The translations under genes were made by a program, and so were the position numbers. Source: Malacoraja senta (lineage: Eukaryota). Taken from it: a stretch of 64,000 bases of DNA. Under the pieces are notes generated by a model. That model was not told the origin of the DNA and made no database searches. It worked only from the letters and a program-made list of their open reading frames with translations. Shown piece after piece: positions 22,501 through 36,700 of the stretch. The DNA is taken from positions 62,001 through 126,000 of the forward strand of contig JAXLNO010001914.1 of assembly GCA_038087875.1 (NCBI GenBank), given 5' to 3'. Position 1 is the stretch's first letter. Each line of letters opens with the position of its first letter.

Positions 22501-25249
22501 TATTTTGTCCCTAATGCCACCGGAGCTGAGCTGGATGATTTACCACAGTTCGAGGATCATCCGAGAAGTGTTTAGCCTTACTTAATATCTTATAGCTATC
22601 TACGAAATTAATGTTAACCTAACATGGGAACCTTAGCTCAAATTATTAACCACGATAAAGCTTTATTTTGAGAAAAGGGATCAAATAGAAAAAAAAATTA
22701 CATTATTTTAAATTAATTCCAATGGGGTATTGAACTGTTTTAACCACAGTTAAAACCACATTCAAACAGTAAATTCACTGTAGTCATTGTTTAAATAGCT
22801 GGCAGCGTGTTGCAATTACATAATTATGCCCATGCTGCACCTCATACATGGCTTAATGTTTCCTTTTCACACCAAGATATAACATTTCTAGTTTACTAGT
22901 AAAAAAAGGGGGGGGGGGGGGGTGGTGGAAGAGATTGTTCAAACAGTTCAAAACACCCAGACCCTTTAAAATAAATTGAGAATGCATGTAGGACTGCATT
23001 CACAAACTAACTGAGTAACCATGGACAGTTTCAGGCCCAGATAGTAAGTAATAAACCACCAGTTCTCATTGGTTTTCAGCTAACTCAGACTACATTAAGA
23101 GCTGCTCCATTACCTGTCTTTGGCACAAGTGAAGTCTGAAACCAGATCCAGCTGGAGTAATCCGTGACCAGGCAGGATTTTAAATGAATATACGTATTGG
23201 TTTATTATTATCACGTGCACGGATACAGGGATTTTTTTATGTTGGAGGAACTTTTAATGATAAGCATTGAGATTCTTTGTTTAAAGAAACTATTTATCTC
23301 TTTCGTAAACTCATGAAATGACAACATCCATTTTAACAACCATCACCTAATCTTCACATGCAAAATGGTTACTCCTGTAGTCATTGACAACATAAAACCT
23401 TCTAATAAAGTTTCTCAACTATCGATGATACTTTTCAAATAGCAGAAAGTTTTCATCGGAAGATGGAAATGAAAAATGTTGGACAGTTTCAGCAACAAAG
23501 GTTTGAAATTGAAACAAAATTGCCTTCATTCCAGCAGTAAATGCCACATAAGAGCTCGATTTATTAAACTGCGACAGAATGCCATTCACATGAGGCTTTA
23601 AATGACACTTCTTGATGATCCTAAAACAGAACTATGGAAGCAGACAAAGGAAGATAATGCAGCCTTAAATTCCTTAAAATGCACTCCGTTAAATTCCAAA
23701 TCAACAATTATTAGTGGGCAACAAAATGATTTTAAACGGCTTCTTGCTGCTTAGATATTTTGAATTGGTTAGAAGCCAATCAAAATAATGACTCTACTAT
23801 TCTCCGTTAGCCAATGTAAAATGATAATCCACCATAATATAGGTAATTGCAAGATCTCAAATTCTTTAATCACAACAGCTTATATCAGTTAACAACACAC
23901 TATGGACTGTGTTGGCTATCGGTACTCCTAACTATATTTCAGAATATTTTCTAATTAACCGAGCAAATCTTCAAACTTTTTTTTTGAAGGCAAGCAATCC
24001 ATTTTTCTAAGTGCTTATAACTTAAGTTTTTATCTACTAAAGTGATTATTAAATTGGATGGAGCATGCATGAGATGAATTTTGCGGTAAATCACTAATAC
24101 AGAGCCAAGGCAGGCACAAACCTGCTTCATTTGTTTGAATGTAGTCACTGACCTTGAATCAGCATGTGATTTATTTAACACTCTATCTCAATGTCGTCAA
24201 TTAAAATCTCTCACAATTTAATTAGATTTAATGTTATATTTTTGACAACTATTTCAGTCTCTTTCAATTCTGTTTAAACTTTCTGATCATTAGTGGCATT
24301 TATATATAGTTTAAAGGCCTTTGACAGCTGCAAGCGTCAAAAGGCCACTGGTGCTGACAGTAGTCGAGGCACTCACAGCCCGTCCCGTTTCGTTGAATCC
24401 AGGGATGGAAGCTCAGTTCAGTCAACCCCTCATATGTGGATCGCGTTAGTGTCGACGAATAGGAACCCAGAGGCGGCAAATTTGGGCAGGGCCAAATGCA
24501 CGACAATCCAGCTCATTACATATAAGAAAAACAAAGGCTTAAGTTGTTATTATAGTCGGGTATATCAACTTTCAAGGTTAATCTTTTTTACATCAATATG
24601 TCAATACAGCACAATGGCTTTGTTTCTTCACTGCTATTTAAAATGGTTTCCATTAGCATACTCTGCAATATTGTTAAAAATACACATGAACTTTCAGAGA
24701 TTTCTTCTATCCCCCAGACTGGGAATTGACAATATTCACCATAGTTTCAGAATAGAGTATGATTATCTGTACTAAAATATTATATTTATAGTACCACAGT
24801 GAATTGAGGGAGCATTTTTGGGAAGAATAAAAGTCGTACTTAAATGGATTGGGTTTCTGCTGAATAAGTGTTATACTAGTTTGAAACGGGTTTGGTTTAA
24901 AATAGTATTAAACAAAACCAAGAACTGTCCACCCCATTCTCCTTGTGTATCTGTCAGTTTGCAAAAAATACATACTTTTGAGAACCAGACCAGCAACAGC
25001 AACAAAGCAATTACGTTATGTGATGTTTCCCAAAAATATTTTATAAACAGGGTAGGCATGCTAGAATCTACTATGCAAAACACAGGTCAGAAAAACTGTT
25101 TAGAAATATCATATCACCAATCCCATTTTAATGGAATATTTTTCAGATGTTTCCCCCAGAAAGTGGCCCTTTGCTCAAGAAATCAAAAGTGTTGTCATGA
25201 TTCTTCTTAGTAATGATAATTGAATTGAGAACATTATGTTGCAAGGGGC

Positions 25250-25410
25250 AATATAGTAATATGTTATAATGTTTTAATGTTTTATGTTTTATTCTTAATT
25301 GTTTATTGTATGTCATGTTGTTACTTACGAGCGGCGCACCAAGGCAAATTCCTTGTATGTGTACATACTTGGCCAATAAACGTATTAATTAATTAATTCA
25401 TTCATTCATT
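25250..25410 (+). mobile_element. LINE 3' tail (Rex1/Babar-like)
   Basis: GCACCAAGGCAAATTCCTTGTATGTGTACATACTTGGCCAATAAA followed by an (ATTC)n-like tail. Confidence 0.6.
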
Positions 25411-26553
25411 TCAGGATTCACATATAAAAGGAAAAGGGGTGTGAGGAATTTCATTTGACTATAAATAGTCATAAAACTTTCTTTGGGCTTGATTACTCCA
25501 TTCAAAATCAGACATATTTTATTTTTAAATGATTTCCAATTTTGCACCAAAGTAATACTTCATTAACTCAAAGTGACTATGAAATTCACCTGCATCCCCT
25601 TAATAACTGCCATTTTCTTCCACAAAGGCTATGCTTTTGTAAAATAAAACCTATTGATACCTGGGAGAATTGTTATTTTCTGGTTCGTGCTGAACAAGGG
25701 CCATGGATTTTGAAAAAAGTTAAGTCAATTCCAGCTTACTTTCACCAAGTATGGTGTATCCATCTGCAGTTGCTTGCATGACAACAGTAATCCCTTGGCA
25801 AATTAATTTTATTTATTCAGAATCATTAAAATATCTTAGAATTGCAGCATACACTTCTATGCATCACTCAAATGAAAGCTTTCCAGCTCTGGCACAGTGT
25901 GAACATGTTTATGTGGCTACAATGCTGAATAGGTCATAATTATGTACAATTAATCTGTTAATAATTGATATGCTTTGTGGTAATTAAAGATTTATTAATC
26001 ATTTTTAAATCATGCTAGATTCCACTTCTGGCAAAGAAGATGAAATCTGTTCATACCCTTTGGGCAGCCCAGTAGCTTTGAGAGTTCAAATCTAGCTTTT
26101 TAACCAGATGGCCACAGGTTGGACTCCCTAGGCCATTGATTTGTACTTATCACAGGACCAGCAGTGACTTAGGTTCATGAGATTGAAAATTCCTCTGGGT
26201 CTCCACCTTTTGCAAACTGTATAAGGACTAGATTAAATATTTATGCTCTTCTAATGGCTCAGCTGGCTTCGGCAGTTGAGTAGTACAAGCAGGAAGGTCC
26301 TGGGCTCATTACCTGCTTAATGCTGAGTTAGCCTATCTCAGCCACGATAGTTACAGATTGATTTCTATATATCTGATGGAGGAATCAGAAATTAGATGCA
26401 GTTCCACTCCCAAAAGAAGTGCAGCATGGGTGTGGATGGTCAGATTTGCCTACCGTACATTCAATCTAAAGATGATATGCCAACACTCATTCTAGAGTTT
26501 CGCTTGGGCAAGACATTAGAAAGAAGATGTACTCATGAGAAGAATCCATGTCT

Positions 26554-26765
26554 AGGAAAGAACTGCAGATGCTGGTTTAAATTGAAGGTAGACACACAAA
26601 TGCTGGAGTAACTCAGCAGGACAGGCAGCATCTCTGGAGAGAAGGAATGGGTGATGTTTCGGGACGAGACCCTTCTTCAGATTTCTGAAGTCTGAAGAAG
26701 GGTCTCAACCCAAAACATCACCCATTCCTTCTCTCCAGAGATGCTGCCTGTTTTGTGTCTACCTT
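26554..26765. mobile_element. Head-to-head Penelope terminal-repeat pair with two decayed hammerhead motifs
   Basis: Perfect 16-bp TSD AGAAGAATCCATGTCT at 26538-26553 and 26766-26781. The minus-strand copy has the tail; the plus-strand copy ends at GTCTACC. Confidence 0.9.
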
Positions 26766-27569
26766 AGAAGAATCCATGTCTTCATGTTTAGGAAAAACAT
26801 AGTGGCCTGTAAAATTGAACTTTGCCAGTTTTATTGATGTTAGTGCAAGATCAGTTGTCCTCCTGTAGAAATGGGGCAAATGGTCTGTAGACAGAGAATC
26901 AATGCACAACTTAACATGAACTGAGATTAAATTTAAATATTAAAAAATGGATTTAAAAAAATGCAGAAACAAAAATGGGAAATCACTTCACTTATTACAT
27001 GCATTTGGACAAATTCACAACCAGGAACAAACATTGCAAAGTGTGAATATGTTCTCCATCACACATGATGGAATTGATTTTAAAAATAACAAAAAGCCAT
27101 AGTTAAGCAGCCCAAGTAATCTTTTGAGCCTTAATATTCTAAACAGTACCACGTTTATTCCCCTTGGGGCAGAAATTTGGGGCAGCAAAGAAAGAGCAAG
27201 AACAGCATTCTAACTTTTCTTCAAAATCAGCATGGACGGGACTTTTGTGAAAGATTGTTGCTCAATTATAATGAGTATCAGGCCTTGCATTCAAAAAGGA
27301 TTGCAGGGAATTATTTTCTGATTTATCATTTCTTTTTCTCTATTTCAGCAAACAATTGTGTTTTATAAAGTACATTATCTTGCCAACCTCATGTTAATTG
27401 CACTTATTCCTTGAATGACCTCAAAGCAAGTAAACTAAACAAACACAAACTATGGCCAATTTAAAAAATGGTAAATAACAAGATTGGGCAAATGTAGTCA
27501 TATAAAAATACACCTTCTACCTCAAAGATTTGGAGGTTAATGTATGCCAGATTGATAAGAAGAAAGGAA

Positions 27570-27760
27570 AGATCCGCATTTTACAGTCTCTTTTATAATC
27601 TCGGGACTTCTCAGTTTTACGGACAGTTAAATATTTGTTTAGCTGTAGTGATTGTTGCAATGTGTAAAAATGAAAATCACCCACTCTGATTTGTACAAGA
27701 ATTTTTACATGAAATAAGAACTAAGCCATTTTTTATATATTTCCTCGGGAGTAATATACC
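27570..27760 (-). mobile_element. Decayed Deu-domain SINE (SacSINE1-like)
   Basis: GCATTTTACAGTCTCTTTTATAATCTCGGGACTTCTC..TGTAGTGATTGTTGCAATGTG resembles the reverse complement of the Deu-SINE 3' region, from recall. Confidence 0.4.
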
Positions 27761-30700
27761 CAGAACTAACAGAGTTTAAAAAACAGATTAGCTCATTCAA
27801 GACACAATGATTACTAACATGTTAACTGGAAACAAAGTTAAAACATATAGGTGAGGCACCATAGAGGGGCAGAGCTGAGCAAAAAGGAAATCACAAATTG
27901 TTCCAGTCCCAATCCACAACAAATTTTAAAATAGTACTCAATCACTATAGTATTTTTTTTTCTTTTCTATTAGATCAGTAGATCCTGCTATCCTCAATGG
28001 ATTGATACTTTTCAATTGTAATCCATTTCAAGGGGTGTTATCACCCTGTGAGCAAACTTCAGTGCAATCCAAGCTGAAGGGACAGCTCCCTTAAACAGTG
28101 TTGCTGGTCAACATGGTTAGTTCATGCTACATTACAAGATCAGCAACAGCACTAGGCTTTGCAATGAGATCTCCCTTCCAAAATTTTTTATTACATTTCA
28201 AAAATCTCAAGGAGCAGGCACCATGATGTCAATGCACACACCTCCATTTATAAATCTGCTAACATGTCTTGGAAGACGCATTAGTAAGTATCAATGGGTT
28301 CTTTGAAGACAAACAGCGGTTGGCTAGGTTCCCAGATCCACTGAAAGGGATGAGAGCTTTGGCGTAGTTGCTGGCCAAAACAGGATGAAAAGGGTTAAGA
28401 AACAATTCATCAGTCTCGATAATGAAATATAAACATACTATTCGGCACAGCTTGTTTATGAATAACAAGTACGTGCAAAACTGGATCCGTTCACTTCCAT
28501 TTAAAATAGGCCTTGCAGAAACGTAGGCTTACGATTTACAAGCATAGACTGGCTGCGCATTTGCAAAAAAAACGGGCAAAACAGGAACAGTTAATCCAAT
28601 ACCATGATCAATCAAAGTAATTTATAATATATTTCGGTCAAAAGATTTTGCTTTTATTAAATTCAATGGAATTATTCCGCAATGCACTCTTCACTGGGAA
28701 TTATTGTTTTACTGCTAAACAAAATGGAAACATTTAGCCTATTTTAGCACAGTTGTCACACACTTTTACAACCTAACAAAAAAAAGCCTCGGTGCTTTTA
28801 AAATGTCAGATATTGTATGAGATTCAACTGTGAAATTAAATAAATAGAAACAACAAAAATGTACTTTTTCAAAGGGTTTCTCTGAAATGCGAGTCCCATA
28901 AGCCGCTGCCCATGTTGATGGCAGAACTGTGTATTTATCTGGAAATGTGATTCTCCTTGAGGTTAATTTTTCCGTTTTGTGGGCATGGTTTTCATTTCAT
29001 ATTCAAAACTATAAATCAGGCTTGATTGTGGATATCAAAACACAATGTTCTGTTTAAAATTTGAATATGCACACTACCGTGCAGTTCATGCTCTTTATTC
29101 GCCGAAAACATTGGTGTGTCAATAAAGGAAATAAAGCTGCTTTTCCCAAAACATGGCGAACAATGCTTATTTTAAATTTTAAAACACCAAATAAGTCTCT
29201 GATTTTTAATGAAGCAGAAGTTTGTAACATCAAATATCACATTGGCAGCCAGACTGTGACAGTACCGCAGGGTCTTCCGACAGCTGAGTGTTATCTGTCC
29301 TTCCACGCACACCCTCTTCATCTCTCTTTCTTCCTGGCCCACATTCACGCTATCCAGATGGACCATCAGTTTCAAACCCATGCCAACATCATCAAGAACA
29401 GCTTGCACGATGTTTGGGGAAAACAAAGATGATGGATTAAGTATCAGATGTGATGTAGGGGTGGCTGGTGGGGAGGGGGTGGGGTGGGTATGGGTGTGCG
29501 TGTGACTATGACTTTGAGCTTAACTACAACTTTGAAACATGGCTTTTGAAGCCTGTTTTACTGGAAAAATAAGTGCTTAAATTGGAGCAGGAAAGCTGAA
29601 ATGGAGGCCCAGTAATTTATTTGATTGAAGCCTTTAGTCCAACCCAATTTCTAATAAAGTTCAGTCAAACCTATTATAATGGATGCAGCTAAAACACTCG
29701 CAAAAAATAATAAAACTACCTCGGAGCAACATGGTCGCATGCCACTATGGATGCTGCACAGATTAATTAATAAATCAAATTTGCTACATAATCTTGGATT
29801 ATTAACAGAAACGTAACAGGAATTTTAAATTTTATTTTACAATTGCTTTTTCCTTTATTCCCACTCATTTTAAGTTTAATTTTGTTACATATCTAACAGG
29901 TCTGACAACTCACAGCCGTGGCATGCTTTGACAGTTTATAAAACACTCAGAAATCTCTGAATATTTTACTGGCCATCGCATTCTAAAGGTTTTTCACATC
30001 AAGGATCAAATATATTTGTCCAGCATACTTTCTTTCCGTGATAAACGAAGCTGAATATTATGAGTCAAAGTCAACATGAATTCTGTTGTAAACTAAATGA
30101 CTGAGAACTGGAGGAATGGCTATTTGCTGTCAGGGTTTAATTCTAATCTTATTGTGGGGGGAAAGGATTACAGGAATTAACAACAGTGAGAAACTGCCTG
30201 GAATGTTAACTTTATTCAGAGAATATGAAGAGTTCTGGTTAACATACTAACTTCTTCCTGATATTTTGCAACCTCTGAATTAAATTTTAGATATTCAGGA
30301 AAGAGTCATTGAACAATTGCAATTTGGGGAAATTAAAATGTTCCTGAATTAAAATGTTTTACCACTTCTTCCCCCAATCCAGAAAATTGTTGCAATGTTT
30401 TACATGGGCCACTGCAGACTGAAAGGCAAAGAAAAATCTTTGCCCGAGAGGTCTATATGCACTGTACACATCAATTGTTTATGCAAGATTTCTGACATGG
30501 CTCAGTGTTAAATCTTTGAAACTTTTTTTTACTTTCTCCTCAGTTATAAATGTGCAATAGAAGAACGCCTGTAGTCAAAACTGTAACATATACGTTTATT
30601 TCTATTTAACTACACTCAAAACACATTTGCTATTTATCTGAATTACAACATATTCCAGACATTTCATATACGAGGCTGACACACAATAGCAACGAATCTT

Positions 30701-33700
30701 ATTACAAAATGTGTGTTATGTCTTGAACTCGAAACACACTAATGATGGATGATTTATAACAGCATCCCTGATAAAAATCTTAATTTGATGAAATGCAATG
30801 TATGAGTCTCACATTTGAAAAATAATCTACTGCCTTGCATAGCACGTTCATTCCAGGGTTACACTCGCACAGCTGGATTATGTCTGAGATCTGCTCTTTC
30901 TTCTACAAAAGCCACAGAATACAGTACAGGGAATCTGTATGGAATAAATATGCAATATTTATGCAAATAATGCAATAATATGCAAAATATGGAATAAATA
31001 TGCAATACTCTCGTGCTAGAGAGTATCTTTTAAAGAACTTAACTTCAAATAAAAGACCTGCAATCAAACTGAAAAGTAACTGAACCCAGAACATATTGAA
31101 AAGAAAGCAGGAGCAAACAAAATAGGGAGATAATGCAATGCAAACAAATTACCAAAGATAAATGAGGTGACGCTGTACTAGTTGACTTTTATTTAATTGA
31201 GAATTTCATGAAAAAAAATCCCTCAATATTTTTCCATGAAATAATACCCTGTGTTCTATGGATTGAAAACCTAAAAACATCATAAATGCCCGCAGCATTA
31301 TCCAAGTTTTTTTCTTTTGGATATAAAGAGCTAACAATGTGGTTCAATGCATTCACACGCAGCTTGATGCAATGAGTGAACAATTAAACAGCACACATCA
31401 ATTCAAATAAAGAAACTATTCAGATTTTTTTGTTACTGCTTTTAAAATAAATACAAGTAAGCAATTACACCAAGCTATCTTAGCTGCAAGTCAACAAACA
31501 AGGAATCATTGTTAATAAACAAAAACATATTTAGATAAGGAGATTAATATAGAAATATACAAATAAAACCGAGCCTATTTAAGATAAGTGACTGTGAAAA
31601 GTTATGTTCCTCTAATCTATGTAACACCATGGGATAAAGAAAACAAATTACTTTACCTAGTGCCTGTTATTAATAAATATTCTTACATCAAATAAAATAA
31701 CTAAAAGTGCAAAAAAGAAATTAAATGCAGTCGGTTGAACAATTTAGGTATTATGCAAAAAACAGTTAACATCATACATCTGCATTAATGGAAATTGTGG
31801 CCCACAAACCAGCTTTTTCCAGTACATGGCTTGGAGAAAAAAAGAATCCAAATGTGTCACATTTACTCATAAAATTAATACTTAAATTCAGTTTAAATTG
31901 TCCTTTGGAGCCCCATCAAACACCTGCGTTTTATTAAATGTGCTGCGGAATTATTCGATTTGTTCTTTTGTTCTGAAACTAAAAAGTAAAGGCCACTTTG
32001 ATGTAAAATATACTTTTTACGATTGACCATTGTCAATTTCAATGTTTTCTTAACAAAATCAGTCATTGTTAACTACTCAATATTGAAATTAGCTAATATA
32101 ATACTTGATGTGTATGATTGTCTATTATGTAACGGTTTTAATTGAAGAAACTATTAATGCCCTCCTAAAAAGTACCCAGTTTAACTTTTAAATAAAAGGC
32201 TTTTTACATATTTGTAATTTAAGATACATTTCCTCAGCCTATCTTTTTAAATTTCCAGAAAGTAATCCGAATCTTCGATAAATCTGAGCATGGTTTGAAC
32301 AGCAGATACCTACTGATTAGTTAGGGGGAAAAAATCAGATTAGTTTTCCCAGAAAGTGAACAATGCTTTCAATGAAAAAAACAAATTGCTTCAATGAAAC
32401 AAATTAATAACATTAATTTGTAGTCACAACTACCTCAGGCATATATTTGAATGATCACAAATTGCGGTGAAAATTGGAATATCAATTTCCCCTCATGACA
32501 AATACGAGTTCTTTTTGATTTCGGCAATTATGGGTGCTATGGAAAAGCTTGAGAAACAAATAATGTGTAAGCCTGTAATTAGCAAATAATGGTGAATTCT
32601 GTGGAAATGACCCATAAACTCAAAGGTTTGGTCAGTCTATAATACTTCCACTTCAAATCAAATGGATTATGTCCAATGTTGTGACACACAAGTAACATAA
32701 AAGATTCTGTTGACTAAAACCACATCCCTCTGAGGCCATTTTTTGAAAATCTGTAATAAAAACAACCATTTTTTTAGGCAAAAATATTACATTTAATAAA
32801 GAAATAAACTACAATTTACCTGCATTTTTTTTAAACCAACAAAGGAGTTTAGCCTAGTGATTCCAGGACATAATATTGTATGAAAATGAGCATGCTTAAA
32901 TAAATGTGTGTAAATGCACGCAGCTGAAGAACAATAAAATGTTGTTTTATATTTTCTTTACTACATCATAATTCAAATCCTAAATTGATCTTACTATACC
33001 ATTACAGAAAGATTTAAAATAGTTAATTCCTCTCCTAAATAAATATGAATGGCTTTGTCGAGAAAACGCAAGACGAACTCTTTCCTCCGTGGACACACAG
33101 CAAATGTAAAGGGTTAAATAAATACAGTTGCAACGCTTTAAAGTGAAGAGTATCAGGACTTTAGAATTATTTAGATATGAAACTGAAAGTTAGATGGGTG
33201 AGGGAAGAGGCAAGGAGCAAATTATTTCAAACACCTTGTTAATGATGCAATTTTATTGTTTCCATCATGATTTTCATTTAATCTTCCTATTTGCAAAATG
33301 TTTCCTCCATTTATTCAATTTCACACTGATGAATCTCCCAAAGTGATTTTAAATTCATTTTGCACCCTGCAAGGATTACTTTCTATTCCTTCCATATTTA
33401 CAGGACAAATTATTTCTGGTTCAAATGTTTTTATTCTATCTCATTAAATAGAGTCCTGACCTAGGTTATATTCCTTTGTGCTCTGAGCCACAAACACTCA
33501 CCACATACCCAACCTACCAATCTACGCATACTTTTACCATAAAGTTGCTGTTCAAGAACTAAACACAAGTGTACTATCTTGATATGTTTTGTTCACAATT
33601 AATTTTGTGCTGCATTTGTGACTGAGATATAATAAATAGCAACAAGAAATAAGAAAAAAATGCTGAATATGCATTTTCCCACAATAGTTTCTCAATAGTT

Positions 33701-36700
33701 GAAGATTTTATTTTGTTAAATAAACACTAAAATAAAAGTGTACAAGGAATTTGAAGATGTGCAGCTAGTTGTTAATAAAACATTATTAAAAAAATATTTG
33801 TTATTAAATCTATCTTAAAATTTCAAAATTAACTTTACATAGACACAATAACTTTGACAGTAAACAGCTTTTTTTTGTCCTTTACAAAGTTTAGTACCAA
33901 TTAAGTATGTCTAAAAGTCTATATGAATACTTAACAGAAGCCAAATTTACTATCCACAATGTAGGAAATCTAACCTCTTTATAAGTTAATTGTGCATTTG
34001 CTTAACAAAAAAGTAAAAAATATAATCGCTCTCCGTCCTTCGTCAGTATTCATTAAATTAAAATGCAAATTTAATGATATGCCCAGGACTGCGCTATGCA
34101 TTTTGGCAAACAAAGACAGGGGAACAAGGCTCACAGTTTTTTATTATCACTGCTGAATAACGGCAACTTTTCAAAAAAATCTCTTTAGCCGTATTTAGAC
34201 TGACTTCAGCGTACTTCATTGGATTCCAACATAACGACCATAATTTTGTGAGTTTTATTCAGTAGATTTACACCTGCTGCTAGCGCAGATCAAAAACTAG
34301 ACTGAAAATAGTATAGGCCGATGCTACCATCCTGGTGAAAAGGCATAGAGAAACTGGCATGATTTCTCTTGTAAATGTCAAATCAAAGACAAAATAGAGT
34401 TGGGGCAGAAAATCAAAATATTATTTTTGATTTCCAAAGTTGACATGAGAATCTATTGCATTTCTACAGAGAATTCATTATTAATTTTCCGACGACAGAT
34501 TTTTTGAAAAAGTATGGCATTCATTTTCCACTGTATAAAAATTTGAATCTCACACCACTTCCTCATGTCATGGTAGTATGTCCCTTTATTAGAAACATTT
34601 TAGTTGCAGTTTACTTTGTATCAGAAACTCAGCCATACTGAGTGCATCAAAAACTCTAAAGGATTTTTTTTTTAATTTTAGTTAAAAATCATAGGTTAGG
34701 GAATCCACAAATGTGCCAGGCTTGGTAATTCGAATTGCTACATTTAGAATCTGCCTCCATGTTGAACATTTGTAAGATTCGATACTAAAATGTCAAAAGC
34801 ATTAGTATAGAACAATGTCACAAAATTTGTGACAGTTTCCATTAAGGCCTCTGTAAACATCAATAAAAATACCTACCTTCGTTTCGGAGCCCTTGCAGTC
34901 ACCATTTAAGCGATACATTTATGTAATCCAATATAGATTAAAATGCTATTCCAAAATAATTAAACATTTACTGGAACATAATCAGCAGTATTTAGAATAA
35001 TAGTGGTCACAAAATCCCTCAGAAAGAGAAGGGACAGAATTGCTATGAATAGTTCTCTCCTTTTTTTGGATACCAAAAAATCTACTAATTTGCAAAATTC
35101 AAAATTAGCTTATCTTAGAAACCATTTAAAATATTAAATCCAACACTTTCCTTAAATATTTGAATTTAGTGCTGGTCACTCCACCTTCATGGTTCTAACA
35201 ATCAATAAAATACAGACCGTTCCTTTTAACTTTGCTAAAAGTCCACCAACCCATTTAAAAGAATACCAGTAGGCAATAGAATATGGAGGGATTTCCCTAC
35301 AATTAAAGCAAAATAAATCTCATAAAGTTCAGATTATTTAAAATCTAACACTGGTTTAAGAAAAATTCTTTAAAACATAGGGAAAGAATCTATAGCATAT
35401 AGTTAACTAATCCAACTTCTAAGTCAACTAGCGCCCAAACCACAAAATGATAGCTTTGCATCTCAGAATTAGTCTTTATTGAAACAGTTTTAGAGTAATT
35501 CTTTTCCCAGGTTGAGATTTTGCTGGAGACCTTGCCGAAGCGAGTCACCACAATATTGGGGAAAACAAATAATCTAAGTTTGCTTCCGACTTTCATTTAC
35601 AAAGTACTGCAGAACCTACAATTTCAGAAATATACAAACATTTTAACTAGCTGACTGTCAGGCTATTTCCAGATCTCATTATTGAGCAGTTTTGTTTTGG
35701 TGGTAATATTAGTAAGTTATTATACTGTTAAAATAATTGATTTTAGTAAAATATTCAAAGCCCAGTGGTTGAAATGAGTTGATGTTATATTTTATTAATC
35801 CATGCTGTACACAACATGTGAACACACGATAAGCAATAATATGTTTGCCCAATACAGTGGTGTGCTACTATTTAATATTACTGGCTCCGATTTCTTTTAC
35901 TGGGGCTCTTTCTGTGACACTGAAGGGCATAAAGCAGTTTTGAAAAAGCCATATCATGAGCAATAGAACAAGAAACACAATAAGAAGGTTAACAGGGATC
36001 AGCCATCATCCGATTAGTTGTTCGTTTCCTCATCAACTACTCCCAAAGCGAACTCCTCGTTGAGTGCAGATTTATATACAATATAAAAGATTGCTTTTTA
36101 AATTTAAAATGTACATCCATAAACCTTCTTTGTGTCTAGGGCACGAACACTGATATATTCTTGTACAAAGAGGAATAACAGCCATGATCTCCTGCACTAC
36201 GAAGTCAACCTGACTTCAATGCCTCCTAGCCTGTGAATCCTTTATCCAGTCCATTGTTTACAGTCAAAATGGGATTCTTTCATGCGAGCTTTACAAAATT
36301 GAATTATAATTTGATGAAATGTTTCACCTGTACCTTTTCTCTAAATTTCACTGCCTGAAGTGTTTTGATCTAACAGTTAAGAATGCCTTCAAGACATGAC
36401 GTCATAATATTAATGAGATTGTGTCTGGAAAGCATAATTAATTATAGGTCATGGGTACCTAATTAGATCTAATGGATTTACGGTACTTAACTGCCCCTTG
36501 GAATGATTTATGTATGAAAGTGCTGATATTTTATACAAGGCCATTATAAATAGTTCTACAATATCTTTCTCATGTGTAAAAAAACACATGCTCCATTTTG
36601 GGGGATCTATTTTCTTAATGTATCAGTTCATAAACTGAGTGTAAATTAGACAGTTAAAAATTGTTCATCCTACACCTCTGAACCATGGCAACTTGACGCA

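Noticed and set aside
24293-24775. 160-aa ORF
   Set aside because: GTG start, no homology recognised, non-coding-like composition.
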